From Escherichia phage A5-4, in the sequence record OP744025: a stretch of 64,000 nt of DNA; one strand, given 5' to 3'. The first letter of the stretch is position 1, and every line of letters begins with the position of its first letter. Made by a program: the position numbers and the translations under genes. This document shows, one piece after another, positions 20,715 to 29,648 of this stretch. The notes beneath the pieces were generated by a model. That model ran no database searches. It was not told the DNA's origin and worked only from the letters and a program-made list of their open reading frames with translations.

Positions 20715-21590
20715 ATGGCTACTGATTTAAAACCTAGCACTTACAAAATGGGTACGTACTCACCTGAGCAGATTGCAGCTATCGACAAGGCGTATCAGCA
20801 AGGTCAAGCTGAAGAGGCCCGTCAAAAACAGACGGCACAGAATACCAAGTTGCGTGAAGATGTTCAATACACACTCTTCGCTTCTGGTATAAATACAGGT
20901 AGAGCACCACTTCTTTACGACAAGAACCAAACAGACGATATTGCTATCCTGTTTGACGTTGTTACTACCCACACCTACACAAAGGATTATAACAAGACCA
21001 GTTATGCTGTAGAGTCAAAAGCTAAAGCATCTGATCATGTTGTAACTCAAGATGGTAAATTTAGTTTTTCGGCAGTCATCACTGACTCTCCTTTAATTAT
21101 AAACGAGAGAAACTATATTGATTTCGATACGGACAAAAATAACCCGTTACAATCCAAGCGTCCAGCAAAAGCTGTAGAGATCCTTAAGCAAATTGGTGAT
21201 GGTCATCAACTTGTTACCTTGGTAACAGAAGATGATATCCTGACGAACTATGTGATCACAAACTTCTCTGTTACTCGTGACAATGGTCAGGGAGGTAGCA
21301 TTGCTGTTAGTTTGACCCTTGAAGAGTTCCGTTTCCGTGATATTTCTAAAACAGTTTTAGCAAGAACTACTGCTGATCCTAAGAAAGCTAAGAATGTAAA
21401 CTCTGGCACTAAACAGACCGCAGAGAATGGTTCTGTTAGCGACAACGCTCAAGGTAAGCGTAAAACACCGTATCTCGGAAAGAATGCTGCTGCAAAAGAG
21501 CGAATCGAAAACGCACTTACAGGAACGACAGATTTCTCTGGAGAGGCAGGTAAGAAATATGAATTTGATCCAGCATCTTTGAAGAGGTAA
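20715..21590 (+). CDS. Tail/baseplate protein (hypothetical)
   Basis: 291-aa ORF after tape measure; GGAGG RBS. Confidence 0.55.
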   Translation: MATDLKPSTYKMGTYSPEQIAAIDKAYQQGQAEEARQKQTAQNTKLREDVQYTLFASGINTGRAPLLYDKNQTDDIAILFDVVTTHTYTKDYNKTSYAVESKAKASDHVVTQDGKFSFSAVITDSPLIINERNYIDFDTDKNNPLQSKRPAKAVEILKQIGDGHQLVTLVTEDDILTNYVITNFSVTRDNGQGGSIAVSLTLEEFRFRDISKTVLARTTADPKKAKNVNSGTKQTAENGSVSDNAQGKRKTPYLGKNAAAKERIENALTGTTDFSGEAGKKYEFDPASLKR

Positions 21591-21592
21591 TA

Positions 21593-21961
21593 ATGATTGA
21601 TCTTAACAAGAAATATGTGAGAACATTCGATTTTGAATTGACTGGATACCCTGACGAAACATTCCGTGTGGTCCTCGACTCCGTAACTTACGAGGTTCGT
21701 TTTACATGGAATGAAAGGGATGAGTCTTGGTTATTCTCTTTAGGTGATATCGGTGTTTCTCCTACGATAACTACCAAATTGACTTGCTATAGTGATATTA
21801 TCGGACCTTATCGTTATTTGGATAATGTTCCCGATGGTAACCTGTATTTATTCCCATTGCGAGATATTGCTACTCGTGTGGGTCGTTATAATGTTGGACC
21901 TCTTTCTGGTGTCCAGATGATTTATGCATCCAGAGAGGAAGATGTGGAGGCGATTAATTAA
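21593..21961 (+). CDS. Tail/baseplate protein (hypothetical)
   Basis: 122-aa ORF, stop/start coupled. Confidence 0.55.
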   Translation: MIDLNKKYVRTFDFELTGYPDETFRVVLDSVTYEVRFTWNERDESWLFSLGDIGVSPTITTKLTCYSDIIGPYRYLDNVPDGNLYLFPLRDIATRVGRYNVGPLSGVQMIYASREEDVEAIN

Positions 21962-22917
21962 TGAAGGCATTGGAAAGGACATATACTTTAGTTATCGGAA
22001 GACCTGTTTATATTGGTGAAAAGCCTGTCAACATTGAGCGCTACGCCAGTAACAGTAACCAAGGTGAAGCATATGAGATCAAGGATCTTCATATTACCTT
22101 TCAGTTAAAGAAAGACAACTCAAAGGAACCTAACAAGGGATACGTAAGTGTATTTAACCTTTCCGATGACGTTGTTAACTACCTCAGTATAAACCAAAGG
22201 GAATCTCTCGCTGTCCTTTTAAAAGCGGGATACAATGGTGACGAAAAGCTTATCTTTTCTGGAACAATCGAGTTTGTAGAGGATACTTTCTCAGAGGAAA
22301 CACGAGAGACTAAGTTTATTTTTGGTGATGGAACACTAAACTTAACTACCGCCACAACCTCACGATCTTACAGAAAGGGAACGCCTGTGAATCAGGTTCT
22401 TAATGACCTTATCTCTGATCTTAAGCTACCCAAAGGGCGTGTTGTTCCTTTTAGTGCTGACACATTGCAGAGTTCTATGGCATTTACTGGGAATGCGGCA
22501 CAGAACTTAGAAAACCTTGCAAAAAATACAGGATCTACCTTTTCCATACAGGATGGTGCTGTTTATTGGACAAAAGAAGGTTCTCGGTTTGCAAATGTTA
22601 TGTTTGAGATCTCCGAAGAAGGCGGGATGGTTGGCACACCAACATTAAAGCAACCAAACATCTCGAAGAAGAAAAAGAAGAAAGATACAAAAGAGACTTC
22701 AAATAAGAAGGAGAAGAATGTAAAAGAGGACGTTGGTTTAACAGTAACTACACTCCTTAATGGTGCGATCCTTCCTGAGTCTACAGTATACCTAAACACT
22801 CGCTACATTAAAGGTTTTTACAAAGTCATTGAGTTGACACACAGGGGCGGTTACGAAACAGGCGACTGGGTAACCGAATTAGGTCTTGCAGAAACACGAG
22901 GGGAGTTGATAAGATAA
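21961..22917 (+). CDS. Putative baseplate hub-like protein
   Basis: 318-aa ORF in baseplate block; internal KKKKK/KE-rich loop. Confidence 0.45.
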   Translation: MKALERTYTLVIGRPVYIGEKPVNIERYASNSNQGEAYEIKDLHITFQLKKDNSKEPNKGYVSVFNLSDDVVNYLSINQRESLAVLLKAGYNGDEKLIFSGTIEFVEDTFSEETRETKFIFGDGTLNLTTATTSRSYRKGTPVNQVLNDLISDLKLPKGRVVPFSADTLQSSMAFTGNAAQNLENLAKNTGSTFSIQDGAVYWTKEGSRFANVMFEISEEGGMVGTPTLKQPNISKKKKKKDTKETSNKKEKNVKEDVGLTVTTLLNGAILPESTVYLNTRYIKGFYKVIELTHRGGYETGDWVTELGLAETRGELIR

Positions 22918-22920
22918 CTT

Positions 22921-23613
22921 ATGGCTTACGTAGATCGTTATGATGCAGCACTATCTGTCTTTGTCGGAAGATATCTGCGAAACAACGTGCATACTAACAT
23001 CAGAGGAACAGTGGTTGGCGTTAATTACGCCATTCCCTCTGTCGATGTTAAACCTATGGCACAAACGGAATTTGATAACGGAACAGTAGAAGCTTATCCA
23101 GTTATTTACGATGTTCCGATTAACTTCCCTTCCGGTGCAGGTGGAAAGGCAAGATTATCTATGCCTATAAAAGTCGGAGATTTGGTGGGTGTTGCTTTCT
23201 CTGAAAGGAACGAAGGTGACTTTAAGGATGTGAATACCCATCAATTATTCCCTGGTTGGGCTGTGACGCAGATATTTACTGAAGGTAATGGAAAGGCTGC
23301 TGATCCCGACAACGTTGTTCTTGAGAACGACAAAGGAGTTATGACACTGATGCCCGATGGGGCGATGACGTTTCAGAATCCTGCTGCCAATCTAAAGATT
23401 GAGCAAAGTGGTAAGATGACATTTTCGAATGGTCCTGCCAACATAGAAGTGATGGAGTCTGGAATGGTAAGGGTTAATGGTTGTACCATAACAACTTCCG
23501 GTAATGTGATCACGGCTTCCGGTGTTGATCTGGAAGATTTTTATGCCGACTACCTCAACCACAGACACAGCGGTGTTGAAAGAGGCGGTGATATAAGCGG
23601 GGTTAAAGTATAA
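22921..23613 (+). CDS. Putative baseplate spike (gpV-like)
   Basis: 230-aa ORF; position and size. Confidence 0.4.
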   Translation: MAYVDRYDAALSVFVGRYLRNNVHTNIRGTVVGVNYAIPSVDVKPMAQTEFDNGTVEAYPVIYDVPINFPSGAGGKARLSMPIKVGDLVGVAFSERNEGDFKDVNTHQLFPGWAVTQIFTEGNGKAADPDNVVLENDKGVMTLMPDGAMTFQNPAANLKIEQSGKMTFSNGPANIEVMESGMVRVNGCTITTSGNVITASGVDLEDFYADYLNHRHSGVERGGDISGVKV

Positions 23614-24137
23614 TGGCTACAGTATTTAAAGACTTCCTTTTAGATCCCTTAACAGGGGATCTTGATTTCTCGACAAGGACTTTGCAGGTTGTTACCTCTA
23701 ACCAGATGAGTTTACGTCAAAGGCTTTATCTTCGCTTCGGGATCTGGCAGGGAACTTGGTATTTCGATGAAACAATAGGCTTCCCTTACGGAATGTTTAT
23801 TGCTAAGAAACTGTCAAAAACTGTACTGGACAATAGGATAAAGCAAGAGGTTCGTCAAGAACCGGATGTGATAGCGATAAAAGATTTCAATTCTTCTGTG
23901 GAGATTTACAGCCGTAGTTATAAATGCTTCTTTACGGTTGTAACGTCAGAGGGTGAAGAGATTAACTTCGCATTCTTAGGTGATGATACTTATGAGTATC
24001 CAACACCGCCGGAAGGTAACGTTGAACTGTGTGGTGACGAAGGTTCTTTAATTGAGTTCAAGAACAAACTTTACTACCTGATTAACTTTAGATTACCGAA
24101 ATATGGTGACTCTACTTGGGTCAACACCTGGAAATAA
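23613..24137 (+). CDS. Putative baseplate wedge (gp25/W-like)
   Basis: 174-aa ORF upstream of J-like gene; coupled start. Confidence 0.4.
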   Translation: MATVFKDFLLDPLTGDLDFSTRTLQVVTSNQMSLRQRLYLRFGIWQGTWYFDETIGFPYGMFIAKKLSKTVLDNRIKQEVRQEPDVIAIKDFNSSVEIYSRSYKCFFTVVTSEGEEINFAFLGDDTYEYPTPPEGNVELCGDEGSLIEFKNKLYYLINFRLPKYGDSTWVNTWK

Positions 24138-24142
24138 CCTCA

Positions 24143-24168
24143 AGGGAGCCTCGTGCTCCCTTTTCTTT
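24143..24168 (+). terminator. Putative terminator
   Basis: GGGAGC-CTCGT-GCTCCC hairpin then TTTTCTTTT. Confidence 0.55.
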
Positions 24169-24228
24169 TAATTCTCTGGATATTATGATAAAATACGCTT
24201 ATCGTCTAATTTTGGAGCAGGAGGAACA

Positions 24229-25713
24229 ATGGCGTCCAATTACGGTCTAACGGGTAGTGGATTTAACCTCCCGCCGATGGAAGACTTGATTCAGGAAACG
24301 AAGAAAACTTTCAAGAATGAATTTGGTGAAGATTTCAATACCGAAAGTAACTCAGTTGCTGACAAACTCATTTCTATCTTTAACGAACGTGAATATCAAC
24401 TCTGGTTGTTGATGGGTTCTGTTTATTACGCACAGACAATGCAAGGTGCAGAAGGTATTTACCTTGACGACCTTTTATCTAAGCGTGGTATTTATCGTAA
24501 CGGGAAGACTCGAAGCACAGGTCAGGTTCAGTTGACCATTGATTCCACCATCCCTTACAACATGATTTACTCTGCCTCTGCATACACCATCGACAACGAT
24601 TATCGTCTATCTAATGATGTTCAGGTTGCAGGAAACATTTTCGCTCAGGTCATCCGTGGTTCGGATCTTTCTGTCGGGAGTTACCGATTACAGATCCAGA
24701 ATATTAATGATCAATCGATCAAGACCATGACATATCAATTGACAGCCACCACTGGTGCGCCTGTTATCGCATTCTTCTCTGCAATTAAAGATTTCATTGT
24801 AGAGAACACTATCCTGTCCAACCGTGATAAAATCATTATTGATTCCGTAGCCAACTCTATCCACATTGGGTATGATAGTAACAAGAACCTTATCGGCTTG
24901 TCAAGCAGAATCGATTTCCGTACTCAACCATTGGCAGGTACTAGAACTATCACAATGGATGTTAGAGCTACGGAGCCTGGTTTAACATCTCGTGATGCTT
25001 TCAGTGTTCGTGGAATAAGTCCGGTTCCGGCGGGTTTCCTTGACTTGACGAACCTGATTGCATTCACCCCAGGGTCAGACGTAGAATCAGATAATGAATA
25101 CCGTCTCCGTGCAATTGATGCAGTTAACACAGGAAAGGCCACTCGTGCAGCGATCCTTTCTGCACTGTTGAACAAAGTTGAGGGTATAGAAAAGGTAAGG
25201 ATCTTTGCAAACAATACCGACAAGACTAACTCTGTTGGTGTACCTCCTTACTCCTTCATGCCTGTTGTTTACGGTGGTAACACTGCTGAAATCAGTCAGG
25301 TACTTTACGACACTATCGCTGGTTCCAACAATACGTCAGGGAGTACTTTCTACAACATCACCACTGAAGATGACCAAGTAGAAACAATCTGGCACACGAA
25401 GGCCCAAGCTCGTAACCTGAGTATGAGAATCAGCTATCGTGGAAGACCTCTTTCTGTTGTCGAAGAAACAACTATCTCAAATAGCTTGATTACTGCGATA
25501 AATGGGACTATTATAGCCGGAACTCTGTACAACGTTCAGTTGGTAGGTACAGTTATCAGTTCAACGGCATCATCTCGTTTCACTCAAGTTTTTGTTGAGA
25601 TTAAGAACGTAGAAGAACCTGAGTCTTCCTATGTTGGAACAGATGTATCTGCCGATGTTACTGAAGTATTCGCCCTGTCCGCAGAGAATATTGAATTCCG
25701 TCAGATAGTTTAA
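24229..25713 (+). CDS. Baseplate J-like protein
   Basis: 494-aa ORF; typical size and position for gpJ/gp6-like wedge protein. Confidence 0.55.
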   Translation: MASNYGLTGSGFNLPPMEDLIQETKKTFKNEFGEDFNTESNSVADKLISIFNEREYQLWLLMGSVYYAQTMQGAEGIYLDDLLSKRGIYRNGKTRSTGQVQLTIDSTIPYNMIYSASAYTIDNDYRLSNDVQVAGNIFAQVIRGSDLSVGSYRLQIQNINDQSIKTMTYQLTATTGAPVIAFFSAIKDFIVENTILSNRDKIIIDSVANSIHIGYDSNKNLIGLSSRIDFRTQPLAGTRTITMDVRATEPGLTSRDAFSVRGISPVPAGFLDLTNLIAFTPGSDVESDNEYRLRAIDAVNTGKATRAAILSALLNKVEGIEKVRIFANNTDKTNSVGVPPYSFMPVVYGGNTAEISQVLYDTIAGSNNTSGSTFYNITTEDDQVETIWHTKAQARNLSMRISYRGRPLSVVEETTISNSLITAINGTIIAGTLYNVQLVGTVISSTASSRFTQVFVEIKNVEEPESSYVGTDVSADVTEVFALSAENIEFRQIV

Positions 25714-25722
25714 GGAGAAAGA

Positions 25723-26364
25723 ATGGCAGAGGTTACAGAAAAGAAGGATGTTAACCACATACATCCTCTGCCTGATTTCGTCAAAGGGGGTATTGATTAT
25801 TTACCCCCTGAGATCTTTGAGAATAAAGATAATATCCAAAAGGTCCTTGAGATCTTCTTGAAACGTCTTGAACTCATAGATCAGAAAGCTGTTGAACTGG
25901 CAGAGATGAGAACGATCATCAATGCAGAGGGCGACACTCTCGACGAAATAGGCAGACAAAACGGTATCTTCCGTAACGGATTGAATGATCCTGAGTACAG
26001 GGCTGTTATTATAATCCTTACAGGTATTGGATCTAAAAGTGGAACAAGATCTGAAATTATATCCACATTGAAGCAATTATTCGGTGAAGAGGGTGTGACT
26101 ACCTATAAGGGTAGAAACTACCGTATGGATATTAACATCTTCAATACCTGTGTGGAAGTTGAGCTTATTCTTGACCAAATACTTGATATGCTCCCTCTGG
26201 TGACTCACTTGCGAGTTGTGGAGAATCAGGGATACCCGTTTGGATTTGAGGGTGACGAACAAGCATTTGGGTGGGCATCCGTCTACGACACTGATCGTAC
26301 TGGCGCGGGTGGACTTGCAACTTTAGTTTATGTATCTGACGACGAAGACCCTTGGGGCTTTTAA
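25723..26364 (+). CDS. Tail protein (gpI-like, putative)
   Basis: 213-aa ORF between J-like and fibre genes. Confidence 0.45.
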   Translation: MAEVTEKKDVNHIHPLPDFVKGGIDYLPPEIFENKDNIQKVLEIFLKRLELIDQKAVELAEMRTIINAEGDTLDEIGRQNGIFRNGLNDPEYRAVIIILTGIGSKSGTRSEIISTLKQLFGEEGVTTYKGRNYRMDINIFNTCVEVELILDQILDMLPLVTHLRVVENQGYPFGFEGDEQAFGWASVYDTDRTGAGGLATLVYVSDDEDPWGF

Positions 26365-26376
26365 TGGGAGAATTTA

Positions 26377-28011
26377 ATGGCTAGACCAACAACACCGATT
26401 GTTGTCTTTGCGGCACAAGATGTTAACCTTCCTGGTACTGGAAGACCTAACAAATCAAAACCGATTGATGACCTTTTAGCAAAGGGCTATGACAAAGGGC
26501 AAAAACCAGCGGCAGAAGAATTCAACTATATTCTTCACCAGTCTGGTGCTTGGCTTAATTGGATCGTAGAAGAGAAGTTTCCAGAGGTTGAAGAAGAATA
26601 CAAGCGACTGATTCAGGAACTCGAAACACGAGTAAACAATCAACTGGAAGTTATTCGTGAAGATGTTGCGAACGTAAGACAAGCTGTTGCAACCTTAAGA
26701 ACTTATGTAGAGCAGACTGTTGCAGATCTTCGTCGTGAGATCACTGCGGTTGATCAGCGTGTTACTCGTTTGTCTCAAGACTTGGATAATGCTGTTTCCA
26801 GATTGAACGCACGTATTGATGAACTTGAACCCCGTTTAGTCCCTATTGGTGCAATATTGACTTGGGCTGGTCAGGTCCCTCCTGCGGGATTCTTAGAGTG
26901 TAATGGTCAGGTATTTAGTACATCACAGAACCCGAAACTATATGAGGTTCTGGGAAGAAACGTGGTGCCTGATTATCGTGGACTCTTCCTTCGTGGATGG
27001 GCACATGGTTCTGGTGCTTATGATCCAGATTCTGGTCGTGGGTTAGGTTCTATACAAGGGGATGCAATTAGAAACATTACCGGAAACATGGGTTGGGAAA
27101 GTATCCGTACTGACCACGGATATCGCCAATCTGGTGCGCTTTATACTCAAGTTAACTCTTATGCTGGACCAGACCATGACGGTGGAAACCCTGCTGGCGA
27201 CATTAAGTTCGATGCAAGCCGAGTAGTTCCTACCGCACCGGAAAACAGACCTAAGAACGTCGCGGTAATGTATATTATCAAGACTGACCAAGCTCAAGGG
27301 ACAGGGAGTTTATCTCCTACTGCGCTTGTTACGACACCAGATAGCATTACTAACCGTGTTGGATTTACTCGTGGAATTTCTGCACAGGTACTTCCTGCCA
27401 ACTTAGCAAGTCAATACCCTGTAACTTGGACCTCTCAAAATGGTAACGTTGCAACGGTAGATAGTGCGGGTAACGTAAGACTGACTGGCCCAGGTGAGAC
27501 AAACATTATAGCTTCTATCGCTACTGGAATCTCGGCTCAAATTAAGATAGTTTCGTACACAGCCCTGAGTGCCGTTTCTATTGGGACAATACCGAGTATA
27601 CAGGTGAACAGATCTGAACTGATCCCTGTGAATAAAACACCTGCGAACTCTAACGAACCACTTGAATATTCTAGTAGTAATTCTAACGTAGCTGTCGTGA
27701 CTCAAAGCGGGTATGTTTCTGGTGTTGCTCCAGGTACTGCTGTTATTACTGTTCGTGGATCTATTACAGGTATCCAAGCAACGAGACAAGTTACAGTTAT
27801 TCCAGCCGTAATTGTTCAAACTATCGAAGATGTTCGTTTAGGTATTGAGCAACAAACCACTATGAATGGTGATAACTATACCACCCCTGTTCGTGCTCCG
27901 GCAGGATGTGTTATTACTGGTGTTGTTTCAGCGGGACTTGGATTAAACCAAGGTTATTACAAGCCAATCCAGAAGCGTATGTCTGGCGTATGGGTAACGG
28001 TGGAGGGCTAA
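26377..28011 (+). CDS. Tail fibre protein with tail-collar and Ig-like domains
   Basis: Coiled-coil N-part; collar-like motif FLECNGQVFSTSQNPKLYEVLG; tandem Big_2-like segments. Confidence 0.75.
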   Translation: MARPTTPIVVFAAQDVNLPGTGRPNKSKPIDDLLAKGYDKGQKPAAEEFNYILHQSGAWLNWIVEEKFPEVEEEYKRLIQELETRVNNQLEVIREDVANVRQAVATLRTYVEQTVADLRREITAVDQRVTRLSQDLDNAVSRLNARIDELEPRLVPIGAILTWAGQVPPAGFLECNGQVFSTSQNPKLYEVLGRNVVPDYRGLFLRGWAHGSGAYDPDSGRGLGSIQGDAIRNITGNMGWESIRTDHGYRQSGALYTQVNSYAGPDHDGGNPAGDIKFDASRVVPTAPENRPKNVAVMYIIKTDQAQGTGSLSPTALVTTPDSITNRVGFTRGISAQVLPANLASQYPVTWTSQNGNVATVDSAGNVRLTGPGETNIIASIATGISAQIKIVSYTALSAVSIGTIPSIQVNRSELIPVNKTPANSNEPLEYSSSNSNVAVVTQSGYVSGVAPGTAVITVRGSITGIQATRQVTVIPAVIVQTIEDVRLGIEQQTTMNGDNYTTPVRAPAGCVITGVVSAGLGLNQGYYKPIQKRMSGVWVTVEG

Positions 28012-28013
28012 TT

Positions 28014-28526
28014 ATGAGAATGAATAACTTCAAGCTTTATACACCGGAAGTTAAAGCTTTTGGAGAGGGTGTTCAGTATTTTCAGGACGATAAAGGTCGT
28101 GATTTCTACGACTCTCGTGAACTGTTCAAAAAGAAATATGTTGTTTTCTTTGATGAACATAGCATTGTCCGTGGCTGGGCAAAGAGTGAAGAGGTTACCC
28201 GTCTTCACCCAGGTGGTTTGTCTGTTGTGGATCTTAATACACTCCCCAAAGATTTTTCTTTGCAAGGTGGTGTTTGGTCATTCAACGGTAAACAGGTAGT
28301 TAAGGCAGATTATGACCCTGCTTTTAGCACCGCTGCAAGAAAGGCTGGCATTCTGCAAGTGATCGGTTCTGTTATCGTCCCGCTTCAGGATGCTGTTGAA
28401 TTGGGAGATGCTACAGACGATGAGCTTGAGAGATATAACGATCTTCGCAAGATGAGAGTTAAAGTCATGCGTATCCCTGATAGCACCTCCCCTGGTGATA
28501 TCGACTGGTCAGAGTTCACCTTTTAA
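28014..28526 (+). CDS. Tail fibre assembly protein
   Basis: ~170 aa directly downstream of fibre gene; ATG at 28014 with GGAGGG RBS. Confidence 0.6.
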   Translation: MRMNNFKLYTPEVKAFGEGVQYFQDDKGRDFYDSRELFKKKYVVFFDEHSIVRGWAKSEEVTRLHPGGLSVVDLNTLPKDFSLQGGVWSFNGKQVVKADYDPAFSTAARKAGILQVIGSVIVPLQDAVELGDATDDELERYNDLRKMRVKVMRIPDSTSPGDIDWSEFTF

Positions 28527-28534
28527 CCTTAGAT

Positions 28535-28554
28535 AAGTCGGGCTTCGGCCCGAC
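28535..28554 (+). other. Stable hairpin without U-tract
   Basis: AGTCGGGC-TTCG-GCCCGACT perfect 8-bp stem. Confidence 0.4.
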
Positions 28555-28565
28555 TATGGAGACTT

Positions 28566-28898
28566 ATGATTGTTGATATAATGGCAGTTCTGAAAGCACT
28601 TTGGGGTCTTTTAACATTCATTTTGCTGGGTGCACTAAAGATCTTTTACACCGACTTTAAAAAATTAGAGTCACGTCAAAGTGAGCTTGAAAAAGATGTT
28701 CTTCGTTTGAAGGAATCTGCGGTTACTAAGGATAGTATCGATGCCATTCTTGACCGTAAGATAAAGCATATCACTGATACGATTCAAGATATCAGGACCG
28801 ATATCACAGATATGCGAAAGGAAGCGAAAGAAGAAAACCACGCTCTACAGAAAGATATTCGAGAGTTACTAAACAAAATTATTGAGAACCGCAAATGA
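28566..28898 (+). CDS. Membrane-anchored coiled-coil protein
   Basis: N-terminal TM helix then heptad-like charged region. Confidence 0.55.
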   Translation: MIVDIMAVLKALWGLLTFILLGALKIFYTDFKKLESRQSELEKDVLRLKESAVTKDSIDAILDRKIKHITDTIQDIRTDITDMRKEAKEENHALQKDIRELLNKIIENRK

Positions 28899-29353
28899 TT
28901 ACAGCCATAATATATGGCATTTGTTTCGTAATCCTTGCTACTCGAAAAGAGAGTGGAACAAAGATAATGGCTGGGCTTTGCCTAGCCTATCTCGTATTGG
29001 AGAACCTGATCCTTTGGTTCTTCTCTACGCAACAATATTTCGACATCACTCTTTATTTTAATGTTCTCTGGACATTGGATTCGATACTGCTTTTCACTAT
29101 GGGTTGTACAGTGAAAGGATTACGACAAAAGCTTATCGTATGCCTAAGTATTCCGTTCATGCTTATTCAAGTGTTTGCAATCCAATATCCAGAATTGTTC
29201 CCCTTATGGGTTTACGAATTCGCTCTTAGAGACGCTCACAAATATTTCATAGAAACCTTTGTGTTCGTTTATTCTTGGAAGGATAATACCGTACCGGAAT
29301 GGATAAGAACAGCAGTAGTGATATTTCTAGTGCTCATTGCCCACATGGTATGA
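28895..29353 (+). CDS. Multi-pass membrane protein
   Basis: 152 aa, about four hydrophobic helices; coupled start. Confidence 0.55.
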   Translation: MITAIIYGICFVILATRKESGTKIMAGLCLAYLVLENLILWFFSTQQYFDITLYFNVLWTLDSILLFTMGCTVKGLRQKLIVCLSIPFMLIQVFAIQYPELFPLWVYEFALRDAHKYFIETFVFVYSWKDNTVPEWIRTAVVIFLVLIAHMV

Positions 29354-29375
29354 ACATTGATAATGAAGGTGATCT

Positions 29376-29636
29376 ATGTTAAAATTTCTCAAAGACCTAG
29401 TGACCTCTGCGGTGGAACCAGATAAAGCTTCTCATACGAAGTTTTGGTCTAACGTAGGTATGGCTGCTATGACTGCCGTCTTTCTCTGGTATGGATTCAA
29501 CAATACATTGCCTGAATGGTACGTATGGCTTTATGCCCCTACGGTAGTGGCCCCACACCTGTTGAGTGACCTCATCAACCTCCGTTGGGGATTATCTTTG
29601 AAAAAAGATAAAGACCCTTCCGACGAAAACAAGTAA
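29376..29636 (+). CDS. Small two-TM membrane protein (holin-like)
   Basis: 86 aa, two hydrophobic segments, charged C-tail. Confidence 0.45.
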   Translation: MLKFLKDLVTSAVEPDKASHTKFWSNVGMAAMTAVFLWYGFNNTLPEWYVWLYAPTVVAPHLLSDLINLRWGLSLKKDKDPSDENK

Positions 29637-29648
29637 GAGGAGAAAACT

